Shown: one piece after another, positions 12,681 to 24,231 of the stretch
How the letters are laid out: the number at the start of each line of letters is the position of its first letter
How positions within the stretch are numbered: the stretch's first letter is position 1
Assembly: GCA_951406725.2 (NCBI GenBank)
Contig: OX597835.1
Location: 40,486,001 to 40,550,000, forward strand
Length of the DNA stretch: 64,000 nt
Reading direction: 5' to 3'
Source: Octopus vulgaris
Taxonomy: Eukaryota
Notes under the pieces: model-generated
Seen by the model: the letters and a program-made list of their open reading frames with translations, nothing else
Told to the model about the DNA's origin: nothing
Databases searched by the model: none
Position numbers and translations under genes: made by a program

Positions 12681-13313
12681 CTAGCAGTATCGCCCGGCGT
12701 TGCTCGGGTTTGTAAGGGAAATAACTATATAAGCATTTTTAGAGAGTTATAGCCAAAAAATAGCAAAAAAAAGGATTAAAAATGGAAAAAATATGATGGT
12801 AAATTTTTTTTAAATCGTTGACTCATCGTAGACATTTTTAGAGAGTTACTTCCCTTATATAATAGCGAAAAATGCATTAAAATGGGAAAAAAACGATGGT
12901 AAATTTTTTTTTAAATCGTAGACTCATGTAGACGCTTTCTTAGCCATTTCTGTTTTGGTGTCTTCAAGCCATGAAGTCGTTGTTCTAAAAGAACACTGGT
13001 CTCCTTGACAACGCATTACGACGTTGATTTCCTTACACTGCCTTCCCCACAGGTGCAGGTGTGAGCGTGGACGCCAACTCCGCCGCCATCGACACACGAA
13101 AAATTATGCATTAAAATGGAATAAAAAATGTTAAATTTTTTTTTAAATCGTAGACTCATCGTAGACGCGCGCTAATATTCAGACGGGCTCGATATGAATC
13201 ATGACTATAAGCTACCCGAATTTGGTTAAACTGTACCGCAAAATGTGGGAGTAGTTAGGAATCTAAATCGAAGGGGACAGACACTCACACAACTACAGTT
13301 TTATATATATAGA
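12681..13313 (-). mobile_element. Non-autonomous Helitron-like element
   Basis: On minus: 5' TC start, 3' hairpin cccgagcaacgccggg and CTAG end, inserted at A|T. Related partial copies near 25760-26048 and 37470-37720. Confidence 0.6.
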
Positions 13314-13729
13314 TATACATAGCGCAGTAGTGGTGAGATATGACAGCAAAGAAAAGCATACATTCACTCTCTGCATGCAATTAGACTCGGAAAGTTTGTG
13401 AGGAACCCATTGACCCAATTTGCTGACTTTTCCGATAGCACACAGGTGTCAATGAATGGTTGAATGACCAAATCCAAGCTTCTCTGCTAGTTCCTCAACA
13501 GTTACGATGATATTTTGTTTCACCAGGGTTTTCAGGATGTCCTTGTCGAGTTCTACAGATCTTTCAGGATGAGGCTCGTCTTCTAGGCTGGAACCACCAT
13601 TGACACTGCCTTACGCTTATTGTCCAATCCCCATATACTGCATTAATATTTCTTGTACTTTGCACACATTTATATTCTGTTATTCTTTTATATGTTTCAG
13701 CCTTGAGGTTGTGGCCATGCTGGATCATG

Positions 13730-13992
13730 TGTGTGTGTGTGTGTGTGTCTATCTGTCTGTCTGTCTGTATGTATATATGTATGTGTATGTGTGTGAACAA
13801 TAATATTTTCAACAGATGTGTTGCAAATGTATCTGATTGTTCTCAAGCTTCAATACTGTGTGTGTGTGTATGTGTGTGTGTATGTATGTATATGTATGTA
13901 TGTATGTGTGTGTGTATGTATGTATGTGTGTATGTATGTATGTGTGTGTGTATGTGTGTGTGTATGTATGTATGTATGTATGTGTGTATGTT
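13730..13992. repeat. (TG)n / (TGTA)n microsatellite block
   Basis: Direct inspection. Confidence 0.9.
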
Positions 13993-14441
13993 TACTTTAT
14001 TACTAATTACTCTCTTCCAAGAACATTTTCACTCACTCTTAGCTCCCCATACATTTTACTCATGTATCTATCAGCGTCATAGACAGAATACTTTCACTTT
14101 AGTCTTCCTCAAATCACTCTGTCGCTATTTACTTTCATTTTATTCGTTGCCCACTGTGTGTGTGCGTTTGCATGTGGTGTAAACCAGACTAAGAAAAGCA
14201 TTTGACACACACACCAGAATGTGAGTTTTCTGTAAATTTTGCTTAATTGGAGTTTAAATTTTAAAAACTGGACCTGGCATGACGCGATGCATTGTACTCT
14301 CAAAAATGCTAGGTAAATTGTAATTGAAGAAATGCTATATTGTAGATTTGTATAACTCCCAAAGGGAGGCAGATAAAATCTGCCTTTTATAATAAGAGAT
14401 ATTTATTTATATTTTATTCTTTTTTTTCATCTCTTCCTTAG

Positions 14442-14484
14442 GTTTGTGTTTCAGTGTGAAGCCTGGGGTTAAAACCCCTCCAAG
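14442..14484 (+). CDS. UNG: UNG exon (43 nt)
   Basis: Polypyrimidine tract + ttag acceptor, gtaaag donor; (G)LCFSVKPGVKTPP(S); phases fit both neighbouring exons. Confidence 0.93.
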
Positions 14485-14937
14485 GTAAAGATTTCTTCAT
14501 CTTTTAAATACTCTTCCTTTTTAAACCCTTCTCTCCTAATTTTACTGGTTTCAGTCATTTGACTGCGACCATGCTGGGGGCACTGCCTTGAAGAATTTTT
14601 AGTTAAATGAATGAACCCCAGTATTTATTTATTATTTTTTTAAAGCCCAGTATTTATTCTGTGGGTCGCTTTTGCCAAACCGCTAAGTTATGGGGATGTA
14701 AACACACCAACACTGGTTGTCAAGGAATAGGGGCAGGGGACTTACAAACACTCACAAGACTGGTTTCTTTCACTTTTCATCTACCAAATCCATTCAAAAG
14801 GCTTTGGTCGGCCTGAGGTTATAGAAAACACTTGCCCAAGGTGCCATGCAGTGGGATTGAACCTGGAACCATATGGTTGGGAAGCAAACTTCTTACCACA
14901 CTGCTGCGCCTATGTATGTAGTATGTATGTATGTGTG

Positions 14938-14974
<37 letters not shown>

Positions 14975-15083
14975 GTATGTATATATATATATATATATAC
15001 ATATGTGTAAATGTAATATGTGATAATTATTCGGTAGCCAAGATAAAACTCTGAGTTTCGGATACCGAGATGGAAATCCACCG

Positions 15084-15143
15084 GATAACTGAAGAGATGG
15101 TGGTGTGGATTTCACCTCGGCATCCGAAACTCAGAGTTTTATC
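15084..15143 (+). ncRNA. Type I hammerhead-like ribozyme in palindromic insert
   Basis: Stem I GATAA/TTATC, CTGAAGA, stem II GATG/CATC, GAAA, stem III ACTC-A-GAGT, GUU triplet. Confidence 0.6.
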
Positions 15144-16189
15144 TTGGCTATTGAATAATTGTCACATATTACATTTACAGATAAATTCCTCTATTTACAT
15201 AATATTGAGGTCTCTTTCTTTCTTATGTTATCTTACCGTTTTTACAAATGAGTGGCTGTGTGGTAAGTAGCTTGCTAACCAACCACATGGTTCCGGGTTC
15301 AGTCCCGCTGCGTGGCATCTTGGGCAAGTGTCTTCTGCTATAGCCCTGGGCCGACCAATGCCTTGTGAGTGGATTTGGTAGACGGAAACTGAAAGAAGCC
15401 TGTTGTGTATGTATGTATGTATATATATATGTATGTGTGTGTTTCTGTGTTTGTCCCCCTAGCATTGCTTGACAACCGATGCTGGTGTGTTTATGTCCCC
15501 GTTACTTAGAGGTTCGGCAAAAGAGACTGAATAAATGCAAAGCTTCGTGGTTAGGAAGCAAACTTCTTAACCATACAGCCACGCCTGTACCTTTATGTCT
15601 GTGTGTATGTATATATGTGTATATACAGACGTGGAGGTGCAATGGCCCAGTGGTTAGGGCGGCAAACTCGCGGTCAGAGGATCGCAGTTTCGATTCCCAG
15701 ACTGGGCATTGTGAGTGTTTATTGAGCGAAAACTCCTTAAACTCCCCGAGGCTCCGGCAGGGGGCAGGTGGTGAACCCTGTTGTACTCTTTCACCACAAC
15801 TCTCTCTCACTGTTTCTTCTTGTTTCTGTTGTACCTGTATTTCAAAGGGCCAGCCTTGTCACACTCTGTGTCACGCTGAATCTCCCCAAGAACTACGTTA
15901 AGGTTACACGTGTCTGTGGAGTGCTCAGCCACTTGCACATTAATAAATGAGCTGCATCGGTGCCAAGCTGTATCGGCCCCTTTGCCTTTCCCTTGGATAC
16001 CATCGGTGGTGTGGAGAGGAGAGGGTGGTATGCATGGGCAACTGGTGGTCTTCCATAAACAACCTTGCCCGGACATGTGCCTTGGAGGGTAACTTTCTAG
16101 GTGCAATCCCATGGTCATTCATGACCGAAGGGGGTCACAACAACACAACATACACACACACTGAGTAGCCTTCTGTCTTTAACCAAGTA

Positions 16190-17225
16190 TATGTATTAGG
16201 GTGTTAGGGTATTAGGGTGTTAGGGCTAAATTTGATGTTTTGTTTCCTACTCTCAGGAGAAACTTGATGTATCAGAGACCATAAAGATTAATGTTTTTGT
16301 TGAGAAAAAGTTAGCTTACATGGAGGACTGGAAGCCATCTGAATATTGGAAAAGAGTTCCCTGTATTGTGATGGTTCATGCTGAGACCATGACTGCTGCT
16401 CATTGCTCTGTGAACACTGTAAAGGCTGTTGGACATGACATGGGCAATTGCCATGGAGACGTCCAGTAGGAATTGACATGGCAAGTATTCTTGCTGTGTC
16501 TGCATGTCAGGACTCATTCTTACATCCTTGAACAAGACTTTCGGCTCAATTCAGACAGCTATGTGAAGATGCTGGGAGGCCAGACTCTGCACCTTGCCAT
16601 ATCTCTAGGGAGAGTCAGAAGTGGCTGTCAGAGAATTTCTTATTTCTTTATTGCCCGCAAGGGGCTAAACATAGAGAGGACAGACAAAGGAATTAAGTCA
16701 ATTACATCGACCCCAGTGTGTAGCTGGTACTTAATTTATCGACCCTGAAAGGATGAAAGGCAAAGTCGACCTCAGCGGAATTTGAACTCAGAATGCAACG
16801 GCAGACAAAATACCACTAAGCATTTCATCCAGTGTGCTAACGTTTCTGCCAGCTTGCCGCCTTTCAGAGAATTTGGCTGTCAGAGAGTTTCTACAGCTTC
16901 ACCAAATCCAATTCCCCCGATAGTAATCATGGATTTCTATGTGAAACATAGTTGAAAAAGACACCAACAGCTCTGCCTGCTACAACAAGGCCAAGGAGGT
17001 GTTTGAAGATCTTCTCAGGGGCAACAATAAGGAACACATGCACCGATTCCATAGCCATTTTGAGACTGGTGGAAGCTGAGGGCGACTGCTTGGAGTAAAC
17101 TGTTGTCTCCCAGTCATAATCTAGTTAATATTTTTAGATTTTTAAAAAATACTTTTATTTTTGGATAGGATGTTGTTTTCTTTTCCTTTTATGCAAACTA
17201 TTGAATTTACTCTGAACACTCTCTA
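16190..17225 (+). mobile_element. Decayed Tc1/mariner-superfamily element interrupted by a SINE
   Basis: Remnants EQDFRLNSDSYVKML and PNSPDSN...VEKDTN (SPD-N-type motif); SINE at 16639-16863 with TSD tcagagaattt. Confidence 0.45.
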
Positions 17226-17291
17226 TATATTGTGTGTGTGTGTGTGTGTGTGGAGAGAAGTGTTGTCTGATGTTAAGATATCTATTTGCAG

Positions 17292-17380
17292 TTTAGTGAA
17301 TATTTACAAAGAGCTCGAAACTGATATTCCTGGTTTCCAGATTCCAAACCATGGCACACTTACAGGATGGGCAAAGCAAG
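17292..17380 (+). CDS. UNG: UNG exon (89 nt)
   Basis: ttgcag/gtaggt; (S)[29 protein letters not shown](G). Confidence 0.95.
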
Positions 17381-17819
17381 GTAGGTTGTTGAATTAAATA
17401 TCTAATTTGATGAATCTTATATTAATAATAATCTGGTGGAATGGTAGAGCAAGAACGTTTTGTCCCATTCTTTGGAGATGAGGCCTACGGCTGTTTTTAC
17501 ATTGAGAATGACATCCATTTTAATCAGCTTAACAATGTTACCCTTCTGCAAATAGACATTATATTCTTTTATTTGTTTCAGTCATTTGACTGTGGCCATG
17601 CTGGAGCGCTGCCTCGAAGGGTTTTAGTTGAACAAATTGACCCCGGGACTTATTTTTTAAGCCTAGTACTTATTTTGTCAGTCTCTTTTGCCAAGCTACT
17701 AACTTATAGGGACATAAACACAACACCAGTTATCAAGCATTGATAGGGGGGACAAACACAGATACAAGGACACGTAACACATAAATTTGTGTGTGTCACA
17801 TCACATCATATATGATGTG

Positions 17820-18130
17820 CCATACTAATACATACACCAACTAATACATACTAATACGTACTAATACATACTAATACATACACCAACCCTATACATACAC
17901 ACGTCCAGACCCCTCATACGCACTTATACTCTCTCATACACACACACACACACACTTATACATACTAATACGTACTAATACATACTAATACATACACCAA
18001 CCCCATACATACGCACGTCCAGACCAATCCTACGCACTAACACTCTCTCATACACACACACACACCCTTATACATACTAATACATACACCAACCCTATAC
18101 ATACACACGTCCAGACCCCTCGTACGCACT
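17820..18130. repeat. Tandem degenerate repeat (about 90-130-bp units built on catactaata) upstream of the 18291 hammerhead
   Basis: Three recurrences of catacaccaaccc...cacgtccagacc. Confidence 0.7.
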
Positions 18131-18290
18131 ATTAGCTGGTCCTTCAACCCTATTATCTCCCCTTATTTCGCTCTCGCGTCTCATGTTTGATCTTTGACCT
18201 CTGGCCGAAATCAGATCGCCATGTTGATTCGTTAGCTACTGCACGCATTTTTTTCTCTCCTTCTTTCTGTGTTTTTTTTCTCTCTGTGTA

Positions 18291-18328
18291 TCTTTCTGTT
18301 GAAGAGCGTAGGCTCGAAACGTTAAAGA
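18291..18328 (+). ncRNA. Minimal hammerhead-like motif (Penelope-type), A6U core variant
   Basis: TCTTT-CTGTTGA-A-GAGC-GTAG-GCTC-GAAA-CGT-T-AAAGA. Confidence 0.55.
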
Positions 18329-18425
18329 CTTGTTTTATTTATATTTCCTGAGCGCCATACTAATACAATTGTTCGTTTGTTTTTCACCTGCCTTCGTCTT
18401 TTGTCTATTTTCATAAAGCTTCCCG

Positions 18426-18459
<34 letters not shown>

Positions 18460-19576
18460 CAAAATACAAAGCTATATCTTGAGATCGCTAGTGACAACAA
18501 CACTCAAAATATATAACAGACTGGAATTGTAGTGCTCAAATGAGCTGTATACACTTATTAATCCAAGGGGAGGCAGTGTGAGCAGCAACTACAAGAACAT
18601 TACAAAATCCACAGAAAGATCAAACACATACATATATTCATATATTCATTTATATCTACAGAACAGATATAAAGTCCGACGTTTAAAAATATAGTAATGT
18701 ATATATAACAAATTGAGATAGGGGTTGTGAGTGCAACCCACCATGGGATAACATATATCCAATATACTGCTAGTACAGCACCCAACAAAGTTAATACATA
18801 AATGTTAAGAATTGCAATGCAATTAATTCATTTATTGTATTATATGGGCAAAGGTAAAATGTTTTACCACAAATTCATAATACAAAATAAGGAAATGGAG
18901 AAACATATCTTAATCAATGATCAACTACCAGATAATACCCAATCACAATTTATTAAACCACTATATATGAACATTAAGGTCAAACAATAATATAGAACAA
19001 AACAATGTACATCAATGAGTAGTATGATACAATAAGTACAGCATGTATAAGTGAATATAAATAAATACAAATATAAATATATTATCTGGTAGTTGATCAT
19101 TGATTAAGATGTGTTTCTCCATTTTCTTATTTTGTAATATATCATCATCGTCGTTTAACGTCCGTTCTCCATGCTAGCATGGGTTGGACGGTTCGACCGG
19201 GGTTCTGGGAAGCCAGAAGGCTGCACCAGGCTCCAGTCTAATCTGGCAATGTTTCTACAGCTGGATGCCCTTCCTAACGCCAACCACTTCGAGAGTGTAG
19301 TGGGTGCTTTTCCATGCCACAGGCACGGGGGCCAGTTAGGCGGTACTGGCAACAACTTCGCTCGAATGTCTTTTCACACTCGAATGGTGCCATTTACATG
19401 CCACTGGCACGATATATACATACACATATATATCTATATATATGACGGGCTTCTACCAAATATAAATATATATATTTATATTATGTATGTGTTTGATCTT
19501 TCTGTGGATTTTGTAATGTTCCTTTAGTTGCTGCTCACATTGCCTCCCCTCGGATTAATAAGTATATATATATATA

Positions 19577-19610
<34 letters not shown>

Positions 19611-20930
19611 CATACACATACATACTATAAAGTATATGGAAAGGAAAAAAATATATAGGTGTAGACGATCTTTAATTGCTTGGATTGTACCTGTGGACTT
19701 GGATGTTTGACATCCCTTTGAAGAATTTCGATCCTCACCTCCTTTGTGATGTCATCATCATCACCGTTTAACGTTCGCCTTCCATGATAGCATGGGTTGG
19801 ACGATTTGACTGGGGACTGGCGAACCAGACGGCCGCACCGGGCTCCGATCTTGATCTGGCAGAGTTTCTACAGCTGGATGCCCTTCCTAACGCCAACCAC
19901 TCCGAGAGTGTAGTGGGTGCTTTTCCATGCCACAGGCACGGGGGCCAGTTAGGCGGTACTGGCAACAACTTCGCTCGAATGTCTTTTCATACTCGAATGG
20001 TGCCATTTACATGCCACTGGCACGATATATACATACACATATATATCTATATATATGACGGGCTTCTACCAAATCCACTTACAAAGCTTTGGATTGATCT
20101 GAGGCTATAGTAGAAGACACTTGCCCAAGGTACCACACTGTGAGACTGAACCTGGTACCATGTGGTTGGGAAGCTAGCTTCTTACCACACAGCCATACAT
20201 TGTTTAACATACACTTTTCCATGCTTGCATGGGTCAGATGGAATTTGTGGGGAGAGATTTTCTCCAGCCATATGCAATTCCTGTCACTAATTCTCGCCTG
20301 CTTCCAAGTAAGGTAATATTTTTCAATGGCCAGGCATGGTTTTCATGGATGTTCTTAAAATGAAGAATATTGCTTGTATGATAGTGACATTTATTTACAA
20401 CAAATACCTGATATCAAGACAATTATCATCGTTTAACGTTCGTTTTCCATGCTAGCACAGGTTGGACGGTTCGACCGGCGTCTGGGAAGCCAGGAGGCTG
20501 CACCTGGCTCCAGTCTGATATGGCAGTGTTTCTACAGCTTGACGACCTTCCTAACACCAACCACTCCGAGAGTGTAGTGGGTGCTTTTACGTGACACCAG
20601 CACAGAAGCCCGTCAAAGTGGCGCTGGCATCAGCTACGTTCGGATGGTGCTTTTTTACATGCCACCGGCACGGGTATCACAACTACAATTTCCATTTGAT
20701 ATTTATTAGGAGACACTAATTCATACACATGTTCAATGGGATTCTTTCAGTTTCCATCTAAATCCATTCACAAGGATTTGGTCAGCCTGTCACTATACAC
20801 AGTGGAACTGAACCCAGAACTAAGTTGTTTGGAAGCAAGCTTCTTAACCATACAGCCACTCCTGTGCCTCTGGTAAAATGGAATAAGCCTTCACAGTCGC
20901 ACTTTTATTCTGCTGTTTTCTGGACATACA

Positions 20931-21347
20931 CCTATTTCTTTACTACCCACAAGGGGCTAAACACAGAGGGGACAAACAAGGACAGACAAACGGATTAAGT
21001 CGATTATATCGACCCCAGTGCGTAACTGGTACTTATTTAATCGACCCCGAAAGGATGAAAGGCAAAGTCGACTTCGGCGGAATTTGAACTTAGAACATAA
21101 AGACAGACGAAATACCTATTTCTTTACGGTCCACAAGGGGCTAAATACAGAGGGGACAAACAAGGACAGACAAATGGATAAAGTCGATTATATTGACCCC
21201 AGTGCGTAACTGGTACTTATTTAATTGACCCCGAAAGGATGAAAGGCAAAGTCGACCTCGGCGGAATTTGAACTCAGAACATAACAGTAGACGAAATACC
21301 GCTAAGCATTTCGCCCAGTGTGCTAACGTTTCTGCCAGCTCGCCGCC
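20931..21347 (-). mobile_element. SINE family B, dimer
   Basis: One head plus two bodies of about 185 bp; TSD ttttctggacataca. Confidence 0.85.
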
Positions 21348-21516
21348 TTTTCTGGACATACAGAAATAATGAACGAAATAATATTTGTAGCTCTTGTTTA
21401 AAATCGATTTGTTTTCGCCGTATTTAAGGCTAAATTTTCATGACATTTTGTGTGTTTCTCTTTTTCCATTAAATTCCATTCTGACTGAGTAATTTCCATT
21501 ATCTTCTGATTGTCAG

Positions 21517-21695
21517 GTGTCTTACTTCTCAACTCCTGTCTCACTGTCCGAGCTTCACAGGCTAATTCTCACAAAGACCGTGGCTGGGAGCAACTGACCG
21601 ATGCTGTTATCAGATGGCTTAATGATAATTCTTCTGCTCTTGTCTTTGTCCTATGGGGAGCATATGCTCAAAAGAAAGGTGCTTTCATAAACAAG
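21517..21695 (+). CDS. UNG: UNG exon (179 nt)
   Basis: tgtcag/gtgagg; (G)[59 protein letters not shown], containing the uracil-specificity VLLLN motif. Confidence 0.96.
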
Positions 21696-23378
21696 GTGAG
21701 GAATATACATCATTATTTTGGCTTTGGGCATCTCTTTTTACCTACTTCCAAAATGTGTGGAAATCTTTTGTAGTAATTTCAATGCTTAATTGTTTCCCAA
21801 ATTGGAATTCTACTCGTATATCTTGGACAGTACTGTTGCTACACACCCAAACATTGGAGGTGCATGGCTTCGTGGTTTTTTATATATATATATATATAAT
21901 AAGGGTAAAATTAATTAATAATTTTACCAAGTAGTGCTCAGTATGTAAAAAGACCATTTATGGTATATGTAAAACATTACGTTATATAATTAGGGTTCAG
22001 CCAAAGAATTTAGCTATTTCCGAATAGCTAAATTCTTTGGCTGCTATTTCTAAAAGTTCAGTGTGTGGTAAAGTAAATTTTTTTGCTGAACCCTAATTAT
22101 ATATATATATATATATATATATACATACATACTATAAAGTATACGGAAAGGAAAAAATATATAGGTGTAGATGATCTTTGATTTTAAAATTTCCAAACCT
22201 GTGACATTGGAGGTGCATGGCTTAGTGGTTAGGACGTTGGGCTCATGATCATAAGATGGTGGTTTCAATTCCTGGACCAGGCGACGCGTTGTGTTCTTGA
22301 GCAAGACACTTCATTTCATGTTGCCCCAGTCCACTCAGCTGTAGAAATGAGTACCACTAGTGGAGGCGCATCACTTTAAGGGCGTTATATTCACGATTGT
22401 AGGATTGTGGTTTTGATCCCTAGACTGGGTGATCCGTTGTGTTCTTGAGCAAAACCCTTCATTTCACTTTGTTCTAGTCCACTTAACTGTAAAAATGGAT
22501 TTAGTCTGGAGAGGGATGGGCTCCACCAGGTTTTCTCACCCTAGCTACGCTGCATGGTTGCAGCGCCCTAACGACCTCAAAGGGGTTAAGGGGCTTGTCA
22601 CTGAAGTGGCAGTAGTAAAAACTGTAGTGGGGGTAGTTATGGGGAATCTTTATGATTGCTGTCACATCATCATCATCATTTAGCATCCGCTTTCCATGCT
22701 AGCATGGGTTGGACGGTTCAACTGGGGTCTGGGAAGCCAGAAGGCTGCACCAGGCTCCAGTTTGATCTGGCAGTGTTTCTACGGCTGGATGCCCTTCCTA
22801 ACGCCAACCACTCCGTGAGTGTAGTGGGTGCTTTTTACGTGCCACCCGCACAGGTGCCAGGCGGAGCTGGCAAACGGCCATGGACGGATGGTGCATTTTA
22901 CGGGCCAGGCGAGGCTGGCAACGACCAATTTTAAAATTAAGTGAAAATTTTCAAATTTGTTACATTGATGTAATTTTTCATGCTGAATCCAAACTTTGGA
23001 TTTGTTTATTCTCAGAAAAATTTAGAAAAATGTTAGAGGTTCACAGTCTGGTCATTTTTAGTCCAATCATAAAACAGTAATTGGAAGCCCTGCAGAAAAT
23101 GCATGGTAACTATCTGTTACAAAATGACAACAGGCACAGAATGACATTGCTTGTCAAAAATTTGTGGTGGTGAAAGTGTCACAGTTGCACTTGGTACAGC
23201 ATTCTGGTTACTATGAAAACAAGGAAGGCTACAACTTTGTTGCTATGGAAACAGACACCAATGTGAGATTTATGGCTATCTCTATAACGATGGCTTTCAA
23301 TTGGCTAAAATTACCCAAGATTTTCAAACTTTAAAAGGTATTAACTTTATTAGTTTATGACAAAAATGAATTTCATTT

Positions 23379-23798
23379 GGATCTTTTCGGTTTGAACGGC
23401 AGTTTTTTCTAGCGGTGTCATATGAAATTGTCACCCATAATTATGACCCTAGTATCAATCTATTGCATTTCAATCTGTTTTAGGGTTATAGCTAGGGTTA
23501 GGGGTGGGGGGAAGGGTATCTTTTTTTTTTTTCTTCAGAAATGTAAATAAACCCAATCTGTTTCTTAAACGAGGGACATATTCATACGGCACAGAATGTT
23601 TTCAGCTCAATAGACGTCAGTGATTGGTTGAAATTGAAGAAAAAAAAACCCCAAATATCTTACAAACTATAGAATTTTCTCAATAAAGCCAAGAGAAAAA
23701 GATGTTTTATAAACACATTCTACCAGTATACGAAGTTTAAAAGTGTTTAGTTACATGGAAATTATTTTTAAAAACTGCCGTTCAAACCAAAAAGATCC
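23379..23798. mobile_element. MITE with GG...CC termini and 8-bp TSD (Merlin-like)
   Basis: TIR ggatcttttcggtttgaacggcagtttt / aaaactgccgttcaaaccaaaaagatcc; TTTCATTT on both sides. Confidence 0.75.
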
Positions 23799-24087
23799 TT
23801 TCATTTTCATAATTTGCATACAAAACCAAATCTGTATAACCAAATTTTAAAATTGGGACAAAATTAAAAAAAATACGAAATTTGACAGCAACTGAAGATC
23901 TGGTTGTGGGAATGGTAAAGATTTATGTCTTGGAATAGGAGAGTTGTAAGAGTGGTAAAGACTAGTATAACTGGAGGGGGAGGTTATGAGAAGGATAAAG
24001 ATTTGGGGGTCATGTATATATGGTAAAGATTTTATATTTCATTTTGCTGTTTTGTTTCATTTCTTTTTACTTTTTCTCTGCTTTCAG

Positions 24088-24231
24088 CAAAAACACTGCA
24101 TCCTAAAAAGTGCCCACCCATCTCCTTTCTCAGCCAACAACGGGTTCTTTGGTTGCAAACATTTCTCCAAATGTAATGCCTACCTTTCAAAAAACAAGAA
24201 AAAGACCATTGACTGGAAAAAAGTTCTGTAA
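24088..24231 (+). CDS. UNG: UNG last coding exon with stop
   Basis: tttcag acceptor; [47 protein letters not shown]. Confidence 0.96.
   Translation, partial: QKHCILKSAHPSPFSANNGFFGCKHFSKCNAYLSKNKKKTIDWKKVL

Noticed and set aside
23479-23510. Interstitial telomere
   Set aside because: Only two or three imperfect TTAGGG units, internal to a MITE.
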